A stretch of 63,034 bases of DNA, counting the filler, from Folioceros fuciformis (lineage: Eukaryota), in NCBI GenBank assembly GCA_049999805.1. It is 13 parts of 13 records of this genome, joined end to end, with 100 filler letters (N's around TTAATTAATTAA, not from the genome) between each part and the next. Parts side by side here need not be neighbours in the genome. Positions count along the whole stretch, not along the records: positions 25,042 to 30,029 come from JBNGIO010004988.1; positions 30,130 to 40,100 come from JBNGIO010004989.1; 11 more parts are not named here. One strand, written 5' to 3'. A program made the position numbers and the translations under genes. Under the pieces are notes generated by a model. That model saw only the letters and a program-made list of their open reading frames with translations. It was not told where the DNA came from and did not search any database. Of this stretch, positions 25,042 through 37,513 are shown one piece after another (positions within the stretch are counted from its first letter, which is position 1; the number at the start of each line of letters is the position of its first letter).

Positions 25042-26544
25042 TCCCACAGCACTTACCCAACTCTATTCCCTCAAGGATGCCTGTGTTTATCGTAAGGGCC
25101 GGTTGGTCATCCCCTCCTAGCTCACTGCTATCAAACGGGCCATCCTCCATCATCTGCATGATTCCCCAATCTCGGGGCCCTTGGGTATTGACAAAACCTA
25201 TGCCAAGGTTCGGGAACATTTCCACTGGGAAGGCATGCGCTCCGATTGCATAGAGTAGGTGCGCTCCTGTCAATCCTACCAACAAGCCAAACCTAGCCAT
25301 CAAAAATACCCAGGTCTACTCCAACCCCTCCAAATCCCCAGTGGCCGTTTCCGGTCAATAGCCATGGACTTCATTACACACCTACCTCGTACCCGCTCTG
25401 GTAAGGACAGCATCTGGGTGGTGACAAATAGGTTTTCCAAGGTCTGCCACTTCATTCCAGTCACCTCGACCATCACTGCCCCCAAACTAGCCACCCTTTT
25501 TGTCCGTGAAATCCTCCGATTACACGAAACACCAGAGGACATTGTGTCGAACAAGGACGCGAAATTCACCTTCGGGTTTTGGCGGAGCTTCATGGACACA
25601 CTAGGCATCAAACAGAACATGTCTTCAGCCTATCACCCAGAGACGGACGGCTAGACAGAGAAGCAGAATCAGGTGTTAGAAGACATGCTTCATCATTTCA
25701 CACACGAGAAGCAGACGAAGTGGGAGGAACTCCTTCCCTTATTGGAGTATGCGTACAATTTCTTGAAGCACGCAGCCATAGGGGTTACTCCCTTCAAACT
25801 CCTGTATGGTGAGACACCCCCACCTTCAGGCTTATGGCCCAACAATTAAGACAAGTGGCGAAGCGCTGTTGAAATCGCCGAGGACATCTGGCACGAGGCC
25901 AAGATGGCTCGACAAAACTCCAAGCAGCACAAGACCGGACCTGCATCACAGCAAACCGTCACCGACGCAACGTCAACTACTCCGTTGGCCAGTTTGTTTG
26001 GCTCCGAGTCAAGCCCCACAGGTATCCTGACATGATTCAGCAACGCAGCAAACTCACCTACCGCTTTGCAGGTCCTTTCCGGGTGTTGAAACGCATCAAC
26101 AAGGTCACGTACCAGCTTGAACTGCCCGCCGACTGGCGCTTCTGCTGAACATTCCATGTGTCCTTGTTGAAACTAGTGATCCACCGCTGTGCTGAACTTC
26201 CCTCATTGCCGACACCAGCTGAGTCTGTGCTAGTAACCAGCCAACCCTCAGTCACCCATTCTAGGACACAGACTCCCATTCCCTCTCTGGAGGCCAGCAA
26301 CAGTCTTCCCTTTGAACCCCTCCCAACGGTATCACCAATTCCCCACCAACGGACCCGCATCCTCCAACGTCGAGACCGGCACCTCCGGCACCGACACATC
26401 CGTGACTTCCTGGTTGCGTGGGAGGGTGAGACTGATTCAGCGGCAACATGGGAACTCGAAGATTTGTATCTACAATTCCCCCGTCTGCATGAGCAGATTC
26501 CAGATGGCCAGGAGGACCCAGCCCCAGCAAGTGGGAGAGAATGA
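25042..26544 (+). mobile_element. Chromovirus-type Ty3/gypsy integrase with chromodomain; degenerate
   Basis: YPGLLQPLQIP, IAMDFITHLPRT, SSAYHPETDG, KL..RFAGPFRVL. C-terminal ILQRR...RDFLVAWEGETDSAATWE chromodomain, followed by a purine tract. Confidence 0.9.
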
Positions 26545-26864
26545 AATGTGATGACGAGCAGGCCACTCAAGTCATCCGCCGAGGAACCGAAGCTACCACG
26601 AAATAGGTAGCAGGAACCCTACGAAACACTCATGGTTTTAGCGAATACCCAGCTGATACGAAATAATTAAACAGATACTAATTAAATAGATAAATGCCAA
26701 TATATAGGATATCCGGATAACTAAAAATTGTTATACCAGTAGAATCCCAAGAAGTAGGGTAGTTAGGCGAGCAGGCACAGCCTTCTTGGCACTGCTCGCA
26801 CACATGTATTTGTAGCGAATCCGAACATGAAGAGAACGTCCATTTTCCCAAAGCCGGAATCCAA

Positions 26865-28978
26865 AGCTGCCCCGTAACACAAGTCGTTGTTTTGTAAGGC
26901 TCCTGTAGCAAGGAGTTCCCCTTGCGGGGTTTCAATGATGCAGTGACCATCCCCGAAGCATACGTAACAGCTTGATTCATCTACCTTTCTAACTAAGAAG
27001 AGGTTCTTTGTAAGCCCTGGTACATGAAGAACGTCTGATATGTGCAAGGTAGATGTTGTTTTACGGTTAATTTTGACGGACCCATGACCCTGTATTTTGT
27101 GTCTGGAGTCATCTCCTAGACTAACATACTGAGGTGGCAGTGTAGGGTTGATCTCTGTGAAGTATTCTAGGTTCCGTGTCATGTGTTGGGAGGCACCTGA
27201 GTCAATGTACCATGTGTGATGTCCCTGAGCTGCAAGGCAGGATGCCACATAAGCTGTTGGATTAGAGGAACTTGGTTGATCTAGCTGATCTTGGGATGAT
27301 TGAGGTGTGTGTGTTAAATATGCTCTTCTATGTCTTTCCATTGTGAGGGCGAGTTGTCCTATCTGCTCACGTCGACGTTGTGGGTTGTTTGCAGCTTGTC
27401 GTTTCCGACATTCCTCATAGGTATGTCTTGGAATTTTACAGTACCCGCAGACGGGTTTCCAAGGGGGATTGTAATATCCTCTTCCTCTACTATGGTAAGT
27501 ACCCTGATAATTGCCCGGTCCACGGGGATGAGGTTGTCCTCGCATACCATGGCCCCTACCCCTGAATCTTTTGCCTGTAAAATAGGCGCTGGAGGAAGAT
27601 TCTCTAGCATAAAAAGTGTTGGATAATTTGCGTCTTGCTTCTTCTGTTAACATAGAGCTAATAACTTTGTTGACTGTCAGGGGAGTTACTCCTTGAAGGG
27701 ACTACACAACACTAACCCAGGACTCGGACAACGTGGAGAGGAGTAGGGCTGTAGAAAGATCTTTGGTAAGGGCGAATCCACTGGCCTTGAATTTTGTTGA
27801 CCAGCTACGGAAGTGCATAGTATGTTGGTCAACGAGATCTCCCTCTTGCGTGTGCAGGCCGCAGAATATTATACCCTGCAATTGCTGCCAGGCAGCTGCT
27901 GCAGTGTCTGTGTTTTCGATCTGTTGAACATTCCCATGACGCATAGCCTGGATGATCACGTTGTGTGCTTGTTGATTGGCGTCTTCCCAGTCCTCCTTTT
28001 CTTTTGCTGTTCCGTTGCTTGGGTAGGCTATGGGAACAGGGGGGTTGCCTATGCCTTCTACGTAGCCCCGTAATTTTCTCTCCTTTAGGATATTTTTATC
28101 CTAAATTTCCATGTTGGAAAGTTTTGCTACTGACCATCGAACTTGTCTTCTTTGGACAGGCTGGTGTGGGAGGACATGGTGTTGGTGGCGTTCTAAACGC
28201 TGAAGACAGTGTTTCTAATTATACTAGATACATCTAACTGCATGGTGAGGACAACTCTGTAAGTTCGTTGAGGGAATTTGATGTGGGAATGTGATTCGTC
28301 TAGACTGTTGATTTTCTGTATTATTGAGGTTTGTGTTTCTTGACTTTCCTTCGCACATGGGAGCATGAAGAGGTTGTGCTGTCTACATAGAGAACTGAGG
28401 TGAGAGAATACTTTCTCCTTGACATCTGTGAGTGAGATGGGAGCGATGATGTCTAGACATGTGGTAAATTCCCTTTTCATTGTTGATGGAAGAGGTATTC
28501 TACCTGGATGTATGAGAAGTCATAATCATAATGTTCTAGGTGACCTCTGAGGAGTAGTTCTTCGCCAATTAAAAAGTAGGACACCACAGGTCCTGAACCA
28601 GCCATAATGACCAAGGTTTTCCTGTGCCTCTTTGAGGTATCGAATCTCTCTGTTGGACCTTTGCCATTGAAGGTATTTGGCTTTTTTTTTCTGCCTTCTT
28701 TGCAAGGTGCCTTAGCCTCTGATCACCAGGCACTAGGTCGCAATTGGCGGGGCATTATGGTGTGGCTGGTATGGATGAGATCAATGACCAGAGGGAAGGG
28801 ATCCTGCTCTGATACCATGTAATTATGAGGATTAGATTTGCATTGAAACGTGATCGTTAAGTATAGAGGTGAAACGCTGCGAGCGTACTCGTAACCGTTC
28901 GCTTAAGTTCGACTTTTGGTATCTAGTCTGTAGACCGAAACGTGTCCTAACCTAGGCAGTAGATATGCATTAATAACA
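26865..28978 (-). mobile_element. Ty1/copia 5' part: LTR (28818-28978), PBS (28806-28817), degenerate gag-protease
   Basis: TGTTATT...TTACA followed by TGGTATCAGAGC. EDKFDG..NFPTWKFRI, CGYCKIPRHTYEEC, WYIDSGASQHMT, DVLHVPGLTKNL. Confidence 0.9.
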
Positions 28979-29368
28979 GGCCCACCTTTGATACCCTAGA
29001 GTCAGTGTTTGGGCAATCAGCTTGTGCACCTCCATGCTCTTCTGAAAAGTACCAATGCTGTGCACCAGCCTTTTTCAAGCACAGCAAAGTAACATGGTCA
29101 GTGAAAATGAGGCCCTTCGGCTCTAGTCGTCCACACACAACTAGCGCTTCTTGTTCGAGCAAGCCCGTGCTTGGCATGCCTAGTCTCATAGCATTCCAGA
29201 TGGAATATTCCACTCGCACCTCAAATGGACACTGAGATCAATGTACTCGTCGCTTCACAAATAAATCCTTCTTACAGACGGACACTTTCAAAACTTTGCC
29301 TCTAATTACAAAATAGGTGTAGATGTGATAATAATGAGCATCTTGGCATTCATGTATGTATTATTTGT

Positions 29369-29867
29369 TGTAGGTTTCAAAACATTCACTCATGACCATG
29401 GTGGTGTAGGGTTATTAAAGCCCATTGTGTTTAGACTAATGTGTTTAGTCTAAGATTAGTGTCTAGTTAAGTATCATTAGTTTAGATTAGCTTAAGCTAA
29501 TCTGTAGGAAGCTTCTTGCGCAGCTTCCTGTGCACTTCTTGTGAAGCTTCCTAGGGAGCTCTTCTAGAGGGTATAAATACCCCCTTGAGCTCCCTTGCAT
29601 ATTAAGACTCATTGTGAGAGTGTGACCTCTCTTTCTCCTCTCCTCCTTGCCTCCTCCTCTCCTCCTTCACCATGTAGCTCCTGGAGCGATCCTTCAAGTG
29701 GAACAACGCACATGACATTGGAGCACCATGGACCATTGGATCACTAACAGTGTGGTTTAACTTCTTACAAACATGGCATAAGGAAACCTTGTGGCCAAAC
29801 TCCTTACACACGTAGCAAAAGGGAACGTGGTGGCTGAACTTCGCACACACTGAACAAAGGGTAACAT
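29369..29867 (+). mobile_element. Probable LTR remnant
   Basis: TGTA...AACA-like ends, TATAAATACCCC at ~29571 followed by a CT-rich tract. No PBS or TSD confirmed. Confidence 0.35.
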
Positions 29868-30129
29868 ACGTTATCTACCTTTTTGGCTAAGGGCAGTTGG
29901 AGGCTTAGTGCCTTGGCATGTTGCTATTAAAACAACATCCTACTGGGATTAACATCAATTATTAGGACGAAGCAAACCTCCACTGCCCTAGTAAGGTTGG
30001 TCGTACACTATGGAATTAATAAATTGGGANNNNNNNNNNNNNNNNNNNNNNNNNNNNNNNNNNNNNNNNNNNNTTAATTAATTAANNNNNNNNNNNNNNN
30101 NNNNNNNNNNNNNNNNNNNNNNNNNNNNN

Positions 30130-30803
30130 AGTAATGGCATAAGGTGGCATAAGTGAAACAAGGTGAAAGTTAAAAGTAGAAAGGTGAAAGCTAAATCTAG
30201 AGCTGTCTTGATGAAGAAGCAAGTATGCTTCTTGCTTCCTTTGGAAACAAAATGTGTATTCTAGGCAAAACCTCCTAAGAAGGATGGAGTTGTAATGACC
30301 ACTAGTATTCTAGGATGAGTGGTGTATATCATTCCCAGTTTTAGTAGTGGCTTAGGCTGTGGAGTATAAATAGGCCAGTGTTAGGGTCTTAAGGATATAT
30401 TGTGATACACTGATACACAAAGAGGCAAACAGTGAGAAGTCTAGCCTTGAGGCATAGCTATGGAGGGCTTGAAGAGCAAGCTTGTTGGCAGACAGTGAGA
30501 ACACTGAGAAGTCTAGCCTTCAGGCATAGTTGTGGAAGGCTTGAAGAGCAAGCTTGTCAGATAGAGTTTAGGGCAGTAGCCAGTGGGGCGTAGATCGCCA
30601 GACTCTTTTGTAAGTATTGGAATAAAGAGCAGCACCTAGAAGAGGTGGTCTGTGAGTTGTCAGTGGACGGCTGGCTACTTGGAGCCTAGTACTGAGTCGT
30701 GTGTGAGGAAGTGAGTGAATTGTAAGTGGAGCGCTGCAGAGTATTTAGACGAGATTCGAGGCCGTTGCTTCCTTCTACGCTGCATAAGGAAGGGGGCGTT
30801 ACT
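30130..30803 (+). mobile_element. Probable LTR remnant with an internal ~60-bp duplication
   Basis: TATAAATAGG at 30365. TGAGAAGTCTAGCCTT...GAAGAGCAAGCTTGT occurs at ~30433 and ~30504. AATAAA at 30621. GGGGGCGTTAC terminus-like motif at ~30792-30802. Confidence 0.45.
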
Positions 30804-31074
30804 TTACAGGCTTAGGCTTCGTTTTTTGAATTATGCTTCGGTTGTTTTTTTATCTCGTAAATGTTTTGTCATATGTCTTACACTTCGTGAAACGCTTTTG
30901 GCACGATCGATGCGAGGGAATGGGATGGAGCGGAAGTGATGAATTGGTGTGGAAGGGATGAATTGGTGCGGAGGGGATGAAGGGAGGGAAGAGGCTGGAG
31001 GAGCTTCAGTCGTAGCTGGCTGGAGGAGCTAGAAACGCAGTCTGGTTGGAGCAGGCAGCGGTTTTGAATCAAGC

Positions 31075-32051
31075 ATGCCTGTGAAATGGTAATGGGTTTT
31101 CCCCTGTCGATGGAGCTTTGGATTTACAGGTTGCTCGAGCTAATGGCTGCGGCTGCTGATGTTTGTTCTGCAGGCTTCTCCATTGGCAGCCGAGCGCGGG
31201 TTCCCTGCTGGTTAGCCAGACGCTGGTGGACGTGATGAAGTGCATTGAGAGCATCAACGCGGTGAAGGCGGGGCGGTGGCTGGTGACGGCCTCGCACCAC
31301 AGGCCCATCTTGCGAGGTACTTCTCGGCTACCCTATGTTAGGACCATCCGCATGGGCGAGGACATTGGTTCTATTTTGTTGTAGTGTCTGACGCGACCCG
31401 TGGCAGATCAGGGCATGCCAGTGGATTGCACCCGGGAACTCCTGGGCGTCACTTTGTCGGATGCACCTAGCAAGTACTTCTTTGTGCTGCGGGGAGACCG
31501 CATGGTTGTGGAGGCAGACGCTACCATGCAGGACGTGATGGAGAAGCTCCAGCTCTACGCTAACAGGATGTCTCTTGTGTTTGAGGTTGGTTACCTACTG
31601 TTCCTTTGCATTCCCTGTTGCATGGTGGATGCACGGCTCTGCTTGACGCGATAGGGTTTCAGGGGTTTCAGTACCAACTTGGTGACTTCCAGCTGAAGGC
31701 TGGCAGAGCTGTTTTGTCGTACGAGACCACCCGAGGCATTGTTTTGGAGGTATGACTTTTCGCGGCCGGTGGTGGTTGTGGGTAATTTGGCGGGAGTTTG
31801 ACATGGTTGTGTCGCAGGTTGAGTATCTGCCTATATGTTCTGTGGAACAAGGGCGTGCCGTTCTGCAAGACTTCGTGTCCTCCTTGTCAGAGGTTTTTGC
31901 CGACAGCGGCTCGTTGCTCGGCCAGTTTGTGCATCTGGAGCCCGGATATGCTGAGTATGGTCTTGGTGACTCCTACTCTTGGCAGCACACAGCTCTGCAA
32001 TATGTCTCCCTCATGGCGTTCCTCATGTCACAAGCAAGAAGCGGTCTATGA
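31075..32051 (+). CDS. MED20: Mediator of RNA polymerase II transcription subunit 20; 5 exons: 31075-31088, 31174-31316, 31407-31585, 31663-31749, 31818-32051
   Basis: Spliced product MPVKWLLHWQPSAGS...CIESINAVKAGRW...KYFFVLRGDRMVVEAD...GFQYQLGDF...RGIVLEVEYLPI...YSWQHTALQY follows plant MED20 throughout. All introns are GT-AG and in phase. Confidence 0.93.
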
Positions 32052-32572
32052 AGTCGCCGAGAAGCACACAATTCGTCCCGCACACATAACCCTCCACTCT
32101 GCCACCCTCAGATCATTTCAAGATAAAGGCTCGAAGTACGCTCAAAGCCCCACTGGTGAGAAGGGTACAGCTGGTGGGAGTTGGGTCTTGAGACCAATAA
32201 TGGAGCACCTGGCCTCCCTATCTTGAACTTTATCCTGCCGGAGAAAGCAACGAAACATCTGTCGGAGGCTTCATCGCTGACCTTTGGATAGGATGATCCA
32301 ACGGAAAGCACTATCCCCGCAAATCTCTCACCTGGATTTCAGGTTGCAATTGTCAACATTGATATCGTGCCACTGGTCTCTCTTCGGTGTATGTAGTTCA
32401 GTTGTTAAGTAGTTCTCTTGGTGTACCGTTGTGCCTTTGAAATCCGGGCAGGTGGCAGTGCAATTGCAGCCAATGTTGAGAAGTCCTCATCTGAGATATG
32501 TTGTATGCAAGCGCTGCTAATTTGCGTGGACGGGTGTGGGCAATGAGTGGCCTACTGAGGTAGCTTTCGTGC

Positions 32573-35500
32573 ATGCACATCATGACGAAGCTGCAGAGTT
32601 GGGACTGCACCCTCCCGGTCGTTTGGGTGGCTCCGATTTTCAGTTTCTCCGATCATGTTCCTCGGAGGGTGCAAGTAAATTTGTCGGAAAGACGGTTGCG
32701 ACTCGCTGCACGTGGGCAGGATGGAAAATTTTGCTTGCACATTGCTTGTGGGAGATCCCTGTTGCATCTGCGATGTGGTTCAAGGGAGAGAAATCACCAA
32801 GTCCTGACAGGAAGAGGGACAATTACTGTTCAGCGAACCTATGACTTCATCAATGCTTCTCAGTTGGATGATCGACTGTCCCGCACGGGAGAAAGAACGG
32901 AGGATTGTTTGCATCATCCGAGGAATTTAGCTGAGAATGGCAAGGGATGTTGGTACAGCAGGCTTGCCAGATTGGTTGCTCAGTTATTGCCTCTGAGAAA
33001 GGAGGAAACGTCGTTGTCATTACTTCCAGCAACCGTGGAGGGACGACCAGTAAGTGCATTTCGGGGATGTTTCCAATGTGCTTTACAGGGTGTTGGTTTG
33101 GTCACCAGATCTCTGGTTTCTGTGTTTAGAAAGCCGTTTCTTGAAATCGGGGTGATGTGAGTTTCTTGCTTGTAGGATGGGAACGAGGCATTGAAGCAGT
33201 TCATCAGGCATGTGGCGTTTGCCTTTGTAGCCGCTATGGTAGGCTTTTGTGGTCACTGGAATCCAAGGACCCCTTTCCGTGCCCCTGCTATTGCAGCCAC
33301 TGCAGAGGTGATGAAGTTCTGGCCTCTGCTCATGTCATTCGTTGTAGGGAAGTTTCTATGTCGCCTGACCAGGTCCTCTATGCAGATTCTCATCAAGCGA
33401 GCTCCAGCGGATCCAAAGGCTCGAAAGCCTACAGTAAAGCAACGAGCTATATACGCACTTGATTACTTCTTCGCAACAGAACCTGCTGGCAAGGTTTAGC
33501 AACCTGGCAACAGAACCTGATCGCACATGCAATTTTGCTCTCGTGAGGAGTTCCTGAGACTCATCATCTTGAGCTTCTCTGTGCGATGGTGTTCGTGACA
33601 GGCTGTTATCCTTCTTGCCATCACTGCAATCATGACAACCATTGGAGGTATGTGCGTAGGTGTGATCCTTTGTGTGATGAGAACATTGCCCAAGGACCGA
33701 CGAAAGCTGAGGGGCTCACCCACCTCGTTTTGTTGCACAGGGGTTTTGTATTATCGAGCTGCAGTTTCAGATGATCCAGATGCCGAGTTGCCAGAATCCG
33801 TCTGGGCAGCATGGACATTTGTTGCGGATCCAGGGACACACGCTGGCGAGGTATGGGCCTCTTCCATGTGCTTTCTACTTGCTGTCTATGCTGAACCTAC
33901 TTGCTCTCTGTGCTGAACCTGAACAGGCTAACTGAACATCAGGCCTTTCTTACCTTGTACCCATTTTGCAGAACACTGTCAGGAGACGGCTGGTGGCGGT
34001 TCCCTTGACAATGGGAGGCATGCTTTTCTTCGCCTTGTTAGTCGGGTTGATGAGTGATGCTGTGAGTAGCAAGGTTGATCAGCTGCAGAAAGGAGGCACC
34101 CCAGTTATCGAAGAGAACCACACCTTAATAGTCGGTGAGCAAGCTGGTCATCTTGAAAAAACAAATTGCATATGTTGAAGTGATCCTGACGTTCCACAAA
34201 ACTGCATTCAGGATGGACGACTAAGACAATTCCCCTTGTCAAGGAGTTGACCGAAGCAAACAAGTCACGGGGCCCCAAAAGAAGCATAGTTGTCCTCGGC
34301 CATGAAGAAAAAGAACAGATGGATGAAGAGTTGTTGCAAGCTCTGCCAGTCGTAGAGCGTTCTGGATCGAAGGTAAGATTTATTCGCTGCACTTGCTAGT
34401 GTATACCTGCACACCTCTGTGGACTGCTCGGGATGAAGGTCATTGCTGCTGTAGGTCGTGACAAGGAGGGGCAGGCCTACAGCTTCAGAGGACTTGAAGC
34501 TTTGCTCTGCGTCAATGGCACGTGCGATTATAGTGTTGTCTCCAGATGGGTTACAGCCCCTCGAGGCAGATGCTCAGGTTGAAGACACCAAACGACATAC
34601 GTTGCGTCTAATTGCCTCGCAACCAATCTAGAGAAAGACGCTGACATCTAGACTTAAATTTGAAAGTGCAGGTTCTCCAAACTTGCCTTGTCCTCTGTTA
34701 TCTCTCGGAGATGCGAGGAGATATTGTGGCTGAACTGGCTCAGTTAGACAGTGTCAAGCTCATGAAGGATATGCTTTCGACTGCTCTTACTTGTGCAGCT
34801 GAGACCAGTAGAACTGGAGGGCCAAGTTCCATCGTTTCGACAACTTCTGGTCCAGAGTCTGCTAGGACGACAGAAAGGTAGAGATATGTGCACTCTTGTG
34901 TTCGCCTTCTGAGCAATGGAATTCATTTTCATTCTGATATTGACTGGCAGTGCACTCATGGTTGAGATGGCGCCAGGTTGCGGAAATTGGTGCCTGTAGC
35001 AACCGAGGACATAGTGCTCCGGATGATGGTGGACCGAGCCTTCCAGCCTGGAACAGCCGCAGTTGCTAAAGAGCTCCTCCTCTTTGAAGGCTCAGAGTTT
35101 CGCTTCAAACCCTGGTCTGGATCATGTCACTCTCCGTTCTGAATTTGGTTTCTAAGTTCTCTTCTAATCCATGTTTTGCTCCGTGCTGCGGTGAGCAGGC
35201 CTGAACTTGTGGGTAAGAGATTTGAAGAAATAATGTTTTTGTTCGAAGACGCTATTCCTTGTGGATTGAGGAAGGAATCGGGAAATGGACAGCGGGGCAA
35301 GTTCACTCTCGTGAATCCTCCGCCAAACACTATTATAGAAGTAAGCCTTAGTCCTGTTCGAAACTTGTGTGAAGGGACGTCCATGACAAAGCTGAAGAGG
35401 TATGGGTTTGAACGTTTGTGTTGTAAAGGAAGGTGATAAGGTCCTGGTGATTTCAGAAGACGATGACAGCTACCAGCCCGACGTATCTCATGAACCTTCT

Positions 35501-36533
35501 GAGAAGTTGGTCCCTACAGCCCTCCAGAAACCGAACAAGCCCGTCTTGAAAATCTTCATTTCTGGTTGGAGGCATGACCTGAAGGATGTTCTTCGGCATG
35601 TGGACTCTTCGGTATCAAGAGGTGAGACCTACTTCATGTTCTTGGGTCACTACATTGCTCTCCCCGTCTCCAGTCCGACCCTGCTCACTTTGATTGTCAC
35701 GTGGTCATGACGCGATAGGAAGCGAGGTCACAATTCTTGCTGAGGCGAATATGGAGGTTCGGAACAAGGAGCTGAAATCTGGCAGCCCCCTGCAAAACAT
35801 CAAGCTTGTGCACAGTAAGAAGCCTCAAGGTTGTTCAGTCCTTTTCTTTTTGGTCCATGACGGAGGGCATTGATCCCTTGCAGAATTCGGAGACCCTCAA
35901 TCAAGACAGGTGTTGGAGGAGTTGCCCCTTGAAACGTATGACAAAACCATCATACTCGGTAATAACAACAAAAAGGAATTAGGCTTCAACACAAGCATCA
36001 CCGCCCTGCTAGTGAGACACATACAGGTCTCCACCGTCCCCAGTATTACAGGCACTTCTGACCATGAGCAGTTCACAATTCTTCCAGTCACCAGGTGACT
36101 CTCTTGATGCTTGCAGGTTCAACGAGGACGGAGAAATAGCGTAATAGTCGCAGAGCAGGCAGCAGCACAGGACGATGCTCTTCAGAGGGTGCAGGACACA
36201 TGGATGATAAACACTATCGTGCCCGAAGAGCTCCAGGCCATGGTGCTAGCTCATTTGGCTGAAGACGCCGACGTGGGCGCTGTTCTAGATGAGGTGGTGA
36301 GTGATTCCGGCAGCAACATGCTGCTGCACGAGGTGGGTGCATATGCGGACTACGGAGAGGGCCTCAGCTTCTGGGAGCTACAATCTCGAGCCCTGCAAAA
36401 CGGGGAGATTGTTATAGCTCACAAGTGTACTGCGAATGGCGGGGAGTGGGTACTCAATCCTCCGAACAAGAGCGAAAAGCTGATTTGGAACAAAGGTGAC
36501 GAACTGCTCGTCCTGACACGGCCAGCCAGATGA
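32573..36533 (+). CDS. CASTOR/POLLUX/DMI1-family ion channel-like protein, ~14 exons, with a long N-terminal extension (start 32573 or 32582, uncertain)
   Basis: YALDYFF, VWAAWTFVADPGTHA (pore), GGMLFFALLVGLMSDAVSSKVDQLQKGGTPVIEENHTLIVGW, ARAIIVL, ELLLFEGSEF, FEDAIPCG, EGDKVLVISEDDDSY, GWRHD, ELPLETYD, VLNPPNK. GT-AG introns; no stops seen in the exons traced. Confidence 0.88.
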
Positions 36534-37366
36534 CTGTCCATCCGTGGTAAGCATTGAGCTGTGCACCCCTGGTGACACAAACAGGGAATCCAAGGAGGTG
36601 AAAAGTCGAGGAAAGGAACCAACACGGCAAAAACATGTAAGGATCTGTCACAAGGACCCAGCCCTACATATCGGCTCAAGAACGCAAACGCCAGAATCAG
36701 CAGGCAGCAGGCTCCGATCAACACTTGCGGAGTGGTGATATACTTGACATCACCCAGACGACTGTGGCATGTTCCTCATACATGGTAAACCGAAGTCACG
36801 GCTGACGACCCAGGAATTTGCCCCGACGATACTCCGCCATCTGCTACTGCGTTGACAAGGATGAACGTGGTTCTGTATTTTGCTCCTGGTATCAGCGCTG
36901 GTGCTCTGAAAGGATCCCAACTCCCAATTTCCTGCATATCTCGTGGGAATCCAAAATTTGGGTCGATTTGTGCACATGGAAACTGTGGGTCTTTGTGGAG
37001 AACCAAGATGCCCGGGCACGAGGGGATCCTGGGAGACCCAGACGAAGTCTTAGATCATCTCATAGCAGACCCTTGTCGTGGTCCTACACATTCTAGCAAT
37101 ATTACAAATAATTGAATATTTCTAATTTAACTGTACTATTGACGGACAGGCACCACGGAGTTGGGTTTCAGGCAAACGGTATGAACTAAGCTAATCAGCA
37201 CCACAGTCCTTTACCTCCATGTTCTGAAAAATGCTCGACCGTCTGGAATGACCATTTGGGAGCACGCTGTAAGGTGGAGTGGACTGGACCGACACTGGTG
37301 CATTCGGTCCGAGAGAGACGAGCGCTTCACAATCGTCCATCATCTACGAGAGACACCCAACCCAAG

Positions 37367-37403
37367 GAAGGACCGACTACCGATGCCTGGTAGTCGGTCC
37401 TTC
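37367..37403. repeat. Perfect 15-bp inverted repeat with a 7-nt loop, upstream of the GT47 gene
   Basis: GAAGGACCGACTACC-gatgcct-GGTAGTCGGTCCTTC. Confidence 0.9.
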
Positions 37404-37513
37404 ACACTGGTTTGAAGGGGCCTCTTAATTTTTGTTTAGTCGTGAGGGGAAGGAATTGTGCATCCAAATACAGTACCGTATTACGAAACAAGCGGGGATC
37501 GGATGCCGCAGGA

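Noticed and set aside
28979-29350. Possible further gag remnant
   Set aside because: No convincing motif could be read in any frame.
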